Source: Candidatus Eiseniibacteriota bacterium (GTDB taxonomy: Bacteria; Eisenbacteria; RBG-16-71-46; JABDJR01). From it: a stretch of 64,000 nucleotides of DNA. Shown in pieces: positions 40,619 to 50,012 of the stretch. Both the position numbers and the translations under genes were made by a program. The notes beneath the pieces were generated by a model that saw only the letters and a program-made list of their open reading frames with translations, did not search any database and was not told where the DNA came from. The stretch's first letter is position 1; each line of letters starts with the position of its first letter. The DNA is taken from NCBI GenBank assembly GCA_963762255.1, contig CAVXKA010000002.1, positions 1,024,001-1,088,000 of the forward strand. The letters are read 5' to 3'.

Positions 40619-42187
40619 CTACTTCGTGTGCAGGTCGTAAGCTACGTTGAACCAAACCACATTGGCGGTGTAGTAACGATCCAAAAGAATGAAATCATCG
40701 TAGTTATACACGTTGTACTTGATCTCGAAGTGGATATCGTCTTTGACGGTGTACATCCCTTCGAAGAATAGAATCGACTTCTCGATGTTCAGATCGGCGC
40801 CCACATCCATGTACGTGAGGCCGCTCGAGAGGCGGATATTCTTGATCCGCTCCAAGTCCACGCGGCCGGTGACGCTGTGGCTCTTGGCGTCGAAGGTGCC
40901 GTTGAGATCCTCGTACTCGTCGTTGGAGTACGCATAGGTTCCCGTCAATCCACCCCACTTCGGATAGGAGTACCGGGCATGACCGGAAACGGTCCGCCCC
41001 TTGGCGTTGACGTCGATGTCGGGAAAGTCCCGCTCACGAACATGGAACCCCGAGCCCAGAGCGAGACCCTTGACGGGCTTCACCTCGACATCTCCGCGAA
41101 AACGGGAGGTTTCGATGTCCTTGAGAAGGGTGAGTTCCTCCTGGTCCTTCTTCACCCTGCCCGCATACCGGAACCTGGCGGTCAGCAGATCGTCGTAACG
41201 GAAGCTCGTGGCGGCCCGCCAACTGTGGTACCGCGTGAGCGTGATGTCATTGTCGTTGATCTCGTAGCCGTAGCCCGCCGAGATGTCGCCGCGCCGGCAG
41301 AAGGCCGTAACGTCGACGTTGTTCTGGAAGCGATCCGTCTTGAGGCTGGTGGATTGGTTGTCGATTCGCTGGGCCTCGAAGTTGTACTTAAAACGCAACC
41401 GGTCGACCGGGCTGAGCACGCCGGTGTACTGGAAGTTCGCCAGGGTGTAGTCCAGATCCCCGGAGGAGAGCTTGCTCACCCCGTAGGCCGCGCGGAACAG
41501 ATGCGTCGACTTCTTGAAAAGGATGCCGGGGGCGGCGATCCGGGCCGACACGACCTGGCCGGTGCGGTCGGCGGCGGCGTTCCGCTCGTCGTTGAAATCG
41601 GAAACGCGATAGTCGACGGCTGCAACCTTCCCACCCTTGCGGGCCTCCGCCGAGAAGCGACCGGAGGAGAGGGAATTGTCGTACCGCCCACCCAGGACGC
41701 TGTTGGTTCCGCCAGGGTAGGACAGGCGGTCCCCGACCCGGGTCAGATAGTTCAAGGATCCCGTCAGGTTGATCCAGCGAGCCGGGGTCAGATGGGCGCC
41801 CAGGTTCCAGTCCCGGCGATCGGATGTCACGTTCCGCTCCGGGTCGAAGACCTGACGGTGCTGATCGAGGGAGGCGGTCAGCTTGAGCTTGCCCGGACGG
41901 CGGTAGAGCAGATTCGCCTGACGACCGTCGAGATTGATTTCCCGCAGGTCGATCATGAGGTAGCTCTCGGGATTCGGGGTTCCGGCCAGGCGGAGTTGGG
42001 TGATGGAGAATCCCTCGTGGATGTTGTAGGTCTCCTGGACCGTCGACCGATCCCCTTGCTCGTCGAGAAGCACGCCGCCCAACTTCACCGTCCCGTTCCA
42101 CGTCCCCGCCTGAAGCGGAGCCGCCCCCAAGGTGACGACGAGCAGGGCCGGAAGCGTCGCTAGCGTCCTCATTCGCATTCGCACCAT
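40619..42187 (-). CDS. Outer-membrane beta-barrel (MtrB/PioB-like conduit porin)
   Basis: Signal peptide; alternating aromatic beta-strands; ends WFNVAYDLHTK; lies between a decaheme and a lipoprotein cytochrome. Confidence 0.75.
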   Translation of the reverse strand: MVRMRMRTLATLPALLVVTLGAAPLQAGTWNGTVKLGGVLLDEQGDRSTVQETYNIHEGFSITQLRLAGTPNPESYLMIDLREINLDGRQANLLYRRPGKLKLTASLDQHRQVFDPERNVTSDRRDWNLGAHLTPARWINLTGSLNYLTRVGDRLSYPGGTNSVLGGRYDNSLSSGRFSAEARKGGKVAAVDYRVSDFNDERNAAADRTGQVVSARIAAPGILFKKSTHLFRAAYGVSKLSSGDLDYTLANFQYTGVLSPVDRLRFKYNFEAQRIDNQSTSLKTDRFQNNVDVTAFCRRGDISAGYGYEINDNDITLTRYHSWRAATSFRYDDLLTARFRYAGRVKKDQEELTLLKDIETSRFRGDVEVKPVKGLALGSGFHVRERDFPDIDVNAKGRTVSGHARYSYPKWGGLTGTYAYSNDEYEDLNGTFDAKSHSVTGRVDLERIKNIRLSSGLTYMDVGADLNIEKSILFFEGMYTVKDDIHFEIKYNVYNYDDFILLDRYYTANVVWFNVAYDLHTK

Positions 42188-42188
42188 C

Positions 42189-43154
42189 CTAGTACTGGTG
42201 ACACCCGACGTTGAAACAGCCTTGATCCTGGAGCGATTCGCTCAGGAAATTCCGGCTGACATAGGAACCGTGAATGTCGGTGTGACAGTCGTTGCAGGCC
42301 AGCTCCGCCCACTGGGTCCCGTGATAGGGATTCATCTTGTGGAGTGGGACGGAGTGGCACTGCGCGCAGAGCTGGAAATTCGGAGCCTCGTAGGGCTGCT
42401 TGAGCATCCTCGGCAGATACGATCCGTGGGGTTCATGGCAGGTCATGCACCCACCCTCCTCCGTGGAGTAGTCCACCGAGGCCTGGTGTTCGTAGGGGAA
42501 CGGCCCCTGGAATTCGCCGTGGCAACTCGTACACGCGTCGTTCATCCCATTCATGGAGAGTTCCCGAGTCGTCTTGTCCAGCGTCAAGTGGCACTCGGAG
42601 CACTTCACGATCCCGTCGTTGACGGGATGCCGCGAAGGCTTGGCGAATTCGCTCGCTACTGCGGTGTGGCACCCCTGGCATAGCTCCACCTCGGCCTCCT
42701 CGAGAAGAGAGGGTTGCTTGCCGGCGTGGACGCTGTGACAGGAACTGCAGTTCACGTCGTTTTCGGCGTGGACGTTTCTCTCCATCATGTTCTGTTGGTG
42801 CGGATTCAGATGGCAGGATGAGCAGATCTCGCCCTCGGCGATCGCGCCCACAGCAGCCGGGTTGGTCATCGGATACTGCTCTGGACTCTCCTCGTAGTGA
42901 CGAGAATCCCCGCGGTGACAATCGGTGCAGGCCGTCAGGACCTCGGTCTTCTCGCCGGATTTCTCGAAGAGCCGGTGGGCAGTCAGCGCGAGTGAGGCGT
43001 CAAGTCCCTCGTGGCACGCGAGACACGCCTCGCTCTCACGAGGATTGTCCGCGGCGGAGAGTTCCGGTTGCGACCCGGAAAGGAGGGCGATGAGGAAGGG
43101 GGCAAGGATCAGGACGGGTACGTAGCGACCGAGATGCTTGCTGTGCGCTTTCAA
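42189..43154 (-). CDS. DmsE/MtrA-family decaheme cytochrome with an extra C-terminal CX4CH
   Basis: Ten CxxCH; EFAKPSRHPV and GPFPYEH...C.TCHEPHGS MtrA-like motifs; ends CFNVGCHQY; TTG start after GGAGG. Confidence 0.88.
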   Translation of the reverse strand: MKAHSKHLGRYVPVLILAPFLIALLSGSQPELSAADNPRESEACLACHEGLDASLALTAHRLFEKSGEKTEVLTACTDCHRGDSRHYEESPEQYPMTNPAAVGAIAEGEICSSCHLNPHQQNMMERNVHAENDVNCSSCHSVHAGKQPSLLEEAEVELCQGCHTAVASEFAKPSRHPVNDGIVKCSECHLTLDKTTRELSMNGMNDACTSCHGEFQGPFPYEHQASVDYSTEEGGCMTCHEPHGSYLPRMLKQPYEAPNFQLCAQCHSVPLHKMNPYHGTQWAELACNDCHTDIHGSYVSRNFLSESLQDQGCFNVGCHQY

Positions 43155-43446
43155 CGAGTCCCCTCCGAAGAAAGACCGCCTGTGTACCTCTCAAGGACGG
43201 AACCTGCCGATACCCCAGAAGATCCGCCAAAGTGCTCTTCTTCTACTTGCCGGGCACTTTATCACGAGTATCGAGGCTTGTCTGTGCAGTCGACTGCCAC
43301 GGTCAAACTGCCATATCGGCAACTGCGCGGCAAGGCAATAGTGGAGAAAAGAGATAAGGTCAATCATGGAAAGCGAACGGAGCATTCACGACAAAATCGC
43401 TCCTATTTACCAGTGAGGCGACTCCCCCCCCCAACTGCGGAGCCTG

Positions 43447-46400
43447 CTACCGGCCCCCTCTTGGACGCGCTTCCAGGTCGCCGCCCTGATGACACTGCAC
43501 GCAGAGCAACCGCGTCTTGTCGTGGGTCAGAAGCTGCTCGTGGTCCGTGCCGTGCGGGTTGTGGCAGGAGGTGCACGTCAGATCCTGGCCGGTTCGCGGA
43601 TCCTTCTGCGGTCCCGAGTACGGGTGATAGTGCGACTCCGAGGCGTCGTGGCACTGGCCGCAAAGCGTCTGCTGGGGCTCGACCAGGATCCCCGCGTTCC
43701 CGCTGCCATGAGGATCATGGCAGGTGGAGCAGCCCCCGATGTCCGGGTGTTGGTACTTCGCGGCGAACATCTTGCGGTCGTGACAGGTCTGACAGGTCTT
43801 GGTCACGTCGTCGCGCACCAGCATCTCCTTGGTGCGGCCGGCGTGAGGCGAGTGGCAGTTGATGCAGCCCATGCCCGTCGTCACCGCGGCGTGCACGACC
43901 GGCTTCTCGGCGTCCTTCGCGTGACCACCGTGGCAGGTCACGCACAACGCCATCCCCTCCGCCTTGAGCCCTTCCTGCCCGGCGTGGCAGGCCATGCAGT
44001 CCTTATCCGCATAGGGTTTGTGCGAGAAGGCCAGCATGAGCCCCGCGTTCTTGGAACCGTGCGGGTCGTGGCAACTCGTGCACTTGGCCCCCTCGGCGTG
44101 GAACCCGCGGTGCTGTGCCAGGAACTGCGGGGCGCGCGGATCGTGGCAGGACGCGCAGAGTTCGCGCACCGGCGTGGTGAGGAGCCCTTCCTCCCGGCCC
44201 ACATGCGGGTCGTGGCATTGCTTGCACCCGGGATCCGTGACCGGTGCGTGCGTGAACTTCTCTTGGGTCTGCTTGATCACATCGCCGTGACAGTCCCCGC
44301 AGAGTTCAGGGCTCGCCTTGTTGAGAAGGCCGGGCTCGAATCCCTCATGGCCGCCATGGCAGGTGCGGCACTCCCCGGCCCGGGCGGGGGCGTGGACCAG
44401 CTCCGGGTTGGCGGAGCGGAGCTGCTGCGAGAGATCCGTGTGGCAGCGCTCGCACAGCTCCGAGGCTGTCTCGGGGAGAAGCTTCTTCCCCGAAGCGGCG
44501 TGCGGGTTGTGGCAGCCGCTGCAATCCCCCATCTCCACCGGGGTATGCAGAGCTTTGGGCGGTTTGGGCGGCTCGATCCCGCCGTGACAGCCGGCGCAGA
44601 GCTCCGCCTCCGGGGCCACCAGTTCCACCTTCGAGTCGGGCGACGGCGGCTTGTGGCAGGTCTCGCAGGAGCCGGGCCCGAACGGCTCGTGGCGCTCCGC
44701 ACGGAGAAGTCCCTTCTCCGATCCACGATGGGGATCGTGGCACGATAGGCAGTCGGTCTGCTCCACCGGGAAGCTCTCGTGGCTCCGCTTGAAGTCGCGA
44801 TCGGCTGCGTCGTGGCACGTCGTGCAAGGCGTTGCGAGGGCCACTCGTCCGTCGGCGGTGCGCGTCTGGTGCGCGCTGTGGCAGGTGGCGCACTCGCCGT
44901 TCTTGACCGGAGCGTGCACGACACCCGTGGCCAAGGACTCCTTCATCGTGTTGTGGCATGTGAAGCAGAGATCCGCGCCCGCCGCGCGCAGCAGGCTCTT
45001 TCCTTCCGGGATCGCGTGAGGATCGTGGCAAGAGTCACACTCACCCCGGGCGACCGGAGCATGCAGAGTAACGGCGGACGCGCCTCCGGCCGGCTCGCCG
45101 TGGCAGGTCGCGCACAGTTCCGCCTGCGTCGTCATGAGGAGCCCGGGCTCCTTCCCGCTGTGCGGCCGGTGGCAGGACGTGCATGCGTCGGTCTCGAAGG
45201 GAGGATGCTTCTGGGGCATCCGCATCTGGTCGACTTGCTCACGGTGGCACTGCAGGCAGAGCGCCGGCTGCGCCTTCGTTCCGAGCGCCGGCAGATCCGA
45301 CCCGTGAGCGGTGTGGCATGCCGCGCAGGTGCCGTCCAGGAACGGGAAGTGGACGATCGGTTCCTTGCCTTCCTTGGCCAGGCCGTCGTGACAGCTCTCG
45401 CATAGAAGGGCCTCGGGCTGGGCGAGAAGGGCCGTCTCCTCGCTTACATGGGGGGCATGACAGGTCCGGCAGTCCCCTTCCATGGGGGCATGGGGGACCT
45501 TTGCCGCCGCTGCCTTCTCCACCGCGGCGCCATGACAGGAGCGGCAGAGCACCTCCGAGGATTCGGTCAGCATCCCCTTCCCACCGCCGCCGTGCGCCTT
45601 GTGACATGAATCGCAGGCGAGCTCATCGAAAGGCTGGTGCTTGGAGGCCAACTCCGGATTCTGGCGCGGGTCCTCGTGACAGACGAAGCAGAGCTCTTCA
45701 GCGCTTCCCTTGAGCAGGCCCTTGCGGTCGGCCTTGTGAGGATCGTGACAGAAGAGGCAATCCCCTTCCGCCGCCGGCGGGTGGCCGTGGTCCGCCTTGG
45801 CCACATCCCCCACGTCGCTGTGGCAGGTGATGCATAGCTCTTCCTTGGGGGCGGTGAGGACTGACGGATCGTCCGGCAACCCGCTGTGGCAGGCCTGGCA
45901 GTCGGCTTCGGCGTAGGGGGCGTGGACAAATCCCCCTCCCTTGCCCTGTGGCGATCCGTGGGGATCGTGACACGACGAACACAAGAGCGCCCGCCACCTC
46001 CGGTCGAGTATGGAGTTCCGGCAACTCGGAAACGGGACCGTGGCAGCGGGCGCAAAGCTCGGCTTCGGGCGCGATCAAGAGCCCGGGATAATCGGACTGA
46101 TGCGGGGCATGGCAGGTCTCGCACTTGCCCTCGGCAAAGGGGGCGTGTTTTGCGGGGGATGCCTGGGCCTGGGCAAGTCGCGGGTGGCATGCCGCGCAGA
46201 CTTCCGCCGCTGGGGCGGCGAGGAGTCCCTTGCTGTCGGAAGCATGCGCGTCGTGGCACGAGACGCAGGAAACGCCCTTCGTCGAAAGATGGTCGAAGCC
46301 GCCCTCGGCGGGCTTCGGGTCACCGCGCCGGGGTGGCAGAGGTGCAGAGTTCGGGAAGATCCTTCTGCAGGATGAGTTTCTGCGCAAACCCGTGTCGTTT

Positions 46401-46605
46401 GTGGCAACTCTCGCAGTCCTCGGCCTTCACCGGGTCGTGCACGACCTTCTTCTGCGCGTACTCGTCCTGCGCCTTCTGATGGCAGTCGTAGCACCGACGC
46501 CGGGGCTGGGCATCCGAGCGCCCCGACAGCAATGACGCCACCACCCCCATGCCTAGAGCAAGAGCGAGTATCGCCAGTGCGACTCAAACGGATGCGGCCG
46601 CTCAT
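43447..46605 (-). CDS. Giant periplasmic multiheme cytochrome, ~1,050 aa, ~42 CxxCH, interrupted by ~4 single-base frameshifts
   Basis: 35 CxxCH in ORF 43447-45984, 4 in 45698-46387, 2 in 46320-46550, plus one (CT.CH) across a shift at ~46340; signal peptide VALAILALALGMG; repeated H.P...CxxCH.PH...LL....ELCxxCH units. Confidence 0.82.
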
Positions 46606-46606
46606 C

Positions 46607-47087
46607 TCACTTCTCCTTCTCGGACACCTTGGGAGTCTCAGGCTTCGAAGAAGGCCCCTTGTAGCCGAGCACTTCCTTCAGCTGGAAGGAGTAGAACGAT
46701 TTCGACGAGAAATGGGGCGGAAAGTTCAGAAACGCCCAGGAGCTGTCCACCGCTCCGGTGTCGGCGAGGACGAAGACCTGGACGGCGGGGTTGTTCATCG
46801 CCTCGGAGAGGTTCAGCATCTTTCCGTCGATGATGCGGAAGTCGGTCAGGAACTGCTTGACCGTTCCGCTGAGCGGCGTGTCGCCGAAGATAGAACTTCT
46901 CCCCGATTCGGACGGTGTGATCTTCCTTCCAATCCGGGTAGAGCCGGTTCCCCGCCTGAATCACGAACTTGAGCGTCGTGTCGGTGATGGCCGGCACGGG
47001 CTTGGGTGCGGATTCCTGGGAGTGGGCAGGGTCCGCGGTGCACCAGCACATGAGACCCAGCACACTCGCAACCAGCAGGCTCTTCAA
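46607..47087 (-). CDS. Secreted protein, DUF2155/ResB-like, with a frameshift at ~46887
   Basis: Joined sequence ...EKFYL|GDTPLSGTVKQFLTDFRI...NNPAVQV...WAFLNFPPHF; signal peptide. Confidence 0.6.
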
Positions 47088-47091
47088 GATG

Positions 47092-47712
47092 TCACCTCTC
47101 CTCTCCCGCCGGGGTCGAGGCGCGCTGACGCTTGCCTCCCCTCGATGCGGGGAACGTCTTCATAATCTCTTCGACCGCGTCCGCCGCGAGCCGCTCCAGG
47201 TTCGTGACGCGACCCAGGCCGAACACGGTCTCGCCGTCGCTCCCTCCACGACTGTGTACTGCGCTCCAGAGAACCCTGCCACCCGGCGCCTCGATGAGAC
47301 GCAGCGAGAGAGACACCTCGGGCAACGAGCCCTCGGGATCCTCGCGCAAGCCGTAGGCGAGTACCGCCCCGAGCAAAATGGCGTCCGCGCCCATCTCGGC
47401 GCCCAATGTATCGACGAGATCCGGCGGAAGCCGATCGATCATGAGCCACGGCTCCTTGGAAAGCGCTTCCTCCACCCGGCCGGACTCGACGACCTCTATG
47501 TCACGGAACTGGGAGAGCGCCACCGCCACCATGGGCCCCAACCGCTCCGGCGCTTCACGCGAGTCGGAGTAATTCGCCAGCGGAAGCACGGCGATCCGCA
47601 TCGGGCCGGCTAGTGGTTCTGCAATGTACGCCTGGGGCGACGGTGCGCATGCGGCCAACCCCAGCGCCCAGAGCGCCGCCGCCAGAGTGATCATCCCGCG
47701 CGACCGTTTCAT
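47092..47712 (-). CDS. Lipoprotein, CsgG/PelC/TolB-N-like fold
   Basis: Lipobox LAAC; IAVLPLAN...GADAILLGAV..Y...VSLSLRLIE...GRVLWS. Confidence 0.7.
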   Translation of the reverse strand: MKRSRGMITLAAALWALGLAACAPSPQAYIAEPLAGPMRIAVLPLANYSDSREAPERLGPMVAVALSQFRDIEVVESGRVEEALSKEPWLMIDRLPPDLVDTLGAEMGADAILLGAVLAYGLREDPEGSLPEVSLSLRLIEAPGGRVLWSAVHSRGGSDGETVFGLGRVTNLERLAADAVEEIMKTFPASRGGKRQRASTPAGEER

Positions 47713-47717
47713 GGTTC

Positions 47718-48320
47718 TCAGTTCCTCGGCAGCGTCTTCAGAAAGTCACGACACACCGACGTCGTGAGCTCGCCCATCGTGTGGATCTCGCCGCCGCCGA
47801 AGAGACCCAGAATCCAACTCACCACCGGAGTTCCCGGCCCTCCGCGACGGGTGTCGCTCGCGCTCCAGACCAGCTTCCCGGACGCCGCATCGACCAATCG
47901 CACCTCCATCGAAAGCAGCGGAAACGCCGAGCGACCGGTGCGAGACATCTCGTACTCGCGCACCGTGCCCAAGAACACCCCCTCGACGCCGAGTTCCTCC
48001 GCCAGACGGGCCAGTTCCTCCGCCGACCATGGATTCTCGACCGGTGTCCCCCCGCGCAGCTTGACCACAGCGGCGGAGAACTGACCGGGCTCAACTACAT
48101 CCGCGAATCCCCGGCGAAGCAGCTCGCTGAAGAAGATGTCGCTCACGCGATATCCGGCCCCGCGATCCTGGGACAGCGACGTGAAGGGGATGATTGCCAC
48201 TTTCTGGTAATAGGGCAGGTCCGCTTCGGGGTTCACAAAGGCGGAGGAACCGCCACAGCCGACGACCGAGATCAAGAGCACCGCCATCGCCAGCTCCACC
48301 GCCTTCATCCGTGCACTCAT
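47718..48320 (-). CDS. Lipoprotein, CsgG/PelC/TolB-N-like fold (paralog of 47092-47712)
   Basis: Lipobox VVGC; VAIIPF...LGVEGVFLGTVREY...MEVRLVDA.SGKLVWS. Confidence 0.7.
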   Translation of the reverse strand: MSARMKAVELAMAVLLISVVGCGGSSAFVNPEADLPYYQKVAIIPFTSLSQDRGAGYRVSDIFFSELLRRGFADVVEPGQFSAAVVKLRGGTPVENPWSAEELARLAEELGVEGVFLGTVREYEMSRTGRSAFPLLSMEVRLVDAASGKLVWSASDTRRGGPGTPVVSWILGLFGGGEIHTMGELTTSVCRDFLKTLPRN

Positions 48321-48347
48321 GTCGTGTGTGACTCCCTGCTGTCCGAT

Positions 48348-50012
48348 CTAAAAGCTTCTGTCGAGGGTGAAGCCGTAGCTGTCGGCTCCGCGGCCGTAAC
48401 GCCACGGATCCTGGAGCGATCTGCGCGCGGCACGGCGCCATTGGACCTTGGCTCGGAGCTCGCTGGGCAACCAGAAGCCCAGATCGACGCCGCCGATTAT
48501 CTCACCGGTGCGCGAGCTCAACACCAGAGACTCCCTGCGGGACCAGTCCACGGAGAGCGTCGCCTCTTCCGAGATGCGTATGCCCGCGCTCACCGTTCCA
48601 AAGCGCTCCTCGCGGACGAGCCGGCCCGTGCCGGCAAGCCGCCGATACGAAGCAATGAAACTCGACCGGGGAACCGGCTGGTACCCAACCGTGTACTGCC
48701 ACTCCTGATCGGTCTGAGCCTGCCCGTCGAACATGGGCAGCGTGTCCCGGCGCCAGGTGATCTCACAGGTCGCGTTGCTGACGGGGGCGGTGCGAAGCTG
48801 GAGCGATCGTCCCCATTGCGTACCGGTCTGTGAGGCGCCGATCACCGCCCTGGAAGCCCGCAACTCGGCCCGCGCGGCGATCCCCTGGCGAAGTCTGCCG
48901 TCCAGCAGACCGTAGACCGTGTTCAGAGGGATGGAGCCGTTCCGGCTTGCCAGGTCCACCGCGCGTTGAGCGCCGGCCTGGAGGACCAGTCCTCGAATGA
49001 GGTCGCGAGCGAATGTCGCCTGGCCCTGCACATAGTCCGAGACGATGTCTCCTCCCGTCTGGGTCTGCTGCCGGTACTCGCGCAGAACACGAAGGCTCAT
49101 CCCGTCAATCGGCCGGTAGTCGGCGCTTCCGCTCAGGAATCGTTCCGCGCGAGACCTGGAGTCGGGAAGCGCATTGTCCTCGGCCCGGCCCCACTGCACC
49201 GTGCCCGATCCGCCGACCGAGAGCCGACGGCTGGGATTCCAGAAGGAGGACACACCGGTGCGCTGGCTGTACTGCTTGCGGTCGCGGTCCCGGGTCGAGT
49301 ACGTGGAGTAGCTGGCGTCATAGGAGGCTTGAGCGGACACGGCGCGCCAGGCTCTCGAGCCTTGTAGGGCGGCCCGCCAGTCATCCGTGTTGGAGCGAGC
49401 ACCCAAAGAGGAGGAAGACGGCGCGCTCTGAAGGCGCCGATAAGCCAAGGTGCTCCCCACGCCACCCCGGGAATAAGCGAGTTGGCCCCGCCAGTCGTCG
49501 GACCAGGAACGCTCGCTGCGCACACCGCTGGCGGTCCACGTGGGCGCGTCTCGATCCAGTCGATGGTAGTGCGCGCTCAGGCTGGGCGCCCCTGCCGGAG
49601 ACGCATTGAGATCCACTTGGGCCACGCGTTCCCGAACGCCGCCCACACCCGAATCCACGCCCTGCCATGGCACGAACTGGGTCCGAATGCGTACCGTCGA
49701 CTTCTGCGCGTCCGCGTACCAGCGATGCCGGAGAAGGTCACCGTCGCCGGACTCGAGCCCGTACCGGGTGTTGCGGCTGTAGTAGGCAAACGATCCTCGC
49801 AGCGTGACCGCGACGCCGCCCGGGAAATCGCTGCTGCCGCGCAGGTCGAGGTTGCTCCGCCAGGTGTCCTCGGAAATCGTGTCCTCCGTGCGCAGGAAGG
49901 AGGACACCCAGTTCCCCTGCATCGCGTGGACCGACCGGGGAGCCAGGAGCGCCAGAGCGGCCAGGAAGCCGACGCGGCAGCCTGCAATGATCGCCACCCG
50001 GAACACCGTCAA
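48348..50012 (-). CDS. Outer-membrane beta-barrel protein
   Basis: Signal peptide ending VHA; amphipathic Trp/Tyr/Arg strands; C-terminal YGFTLDRSF (BAM-type terminal Phe). Confidence 0.75.
   Translation of the reverse strand: MTVFRVAIIAGCRVGFLAALALLAPRSVHAMQGNWVSSFLRTEDTISEDTWRSNLDLRGSSDFPGGVAVTLRGSFAYYSRNTRYGLESGDGDLLRHRWYADAQKSTVRIRTQFVPWQGVDSGVGGVRERVAQVDLNASPAGAPSLSAHYHRLDRDAPTWTASGVRSERSWSDDWRGQLAYSRGGVGSTLAYRRLQSAPSSSSLGARSNTDDWRAALQGSRAWRAVSAQASYDASYSTYSTRDRDRKQYSQRTGVSSFWNPSRRLSVGGSGTVQWGRAEDNALPDSRSRAERFLSGSADYRPIDGMSLRVLREYRQQTQTGGDIVSDYVQGQATFARDLIRGLVLQAGAQRAVDLASRNGSIPLNTVYGLLDGRLRQGIAARAELRASRAVIGASQTGTQWGRSLQLRTAPVSNATCEITWRRDTLPMFDGQAQTDQEWQYTVGYQPVPRSSFIASYRRLAGTGRLVREERFGTVSAGIRISEEATLSVDWSRRESLVLSSRTGEIIGGVDLGFWLPSELRAKVQWRRAARRSLQDPWRYGRGADSYGFTLDRSF

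Noticed and set aside
45950-46610. Programmed frameshifting or phase variation in the giant cytochrome
   Set aside because: No slippery heptamers or long simple repeats; shifts go in both directions and also occur in unrelated genes.
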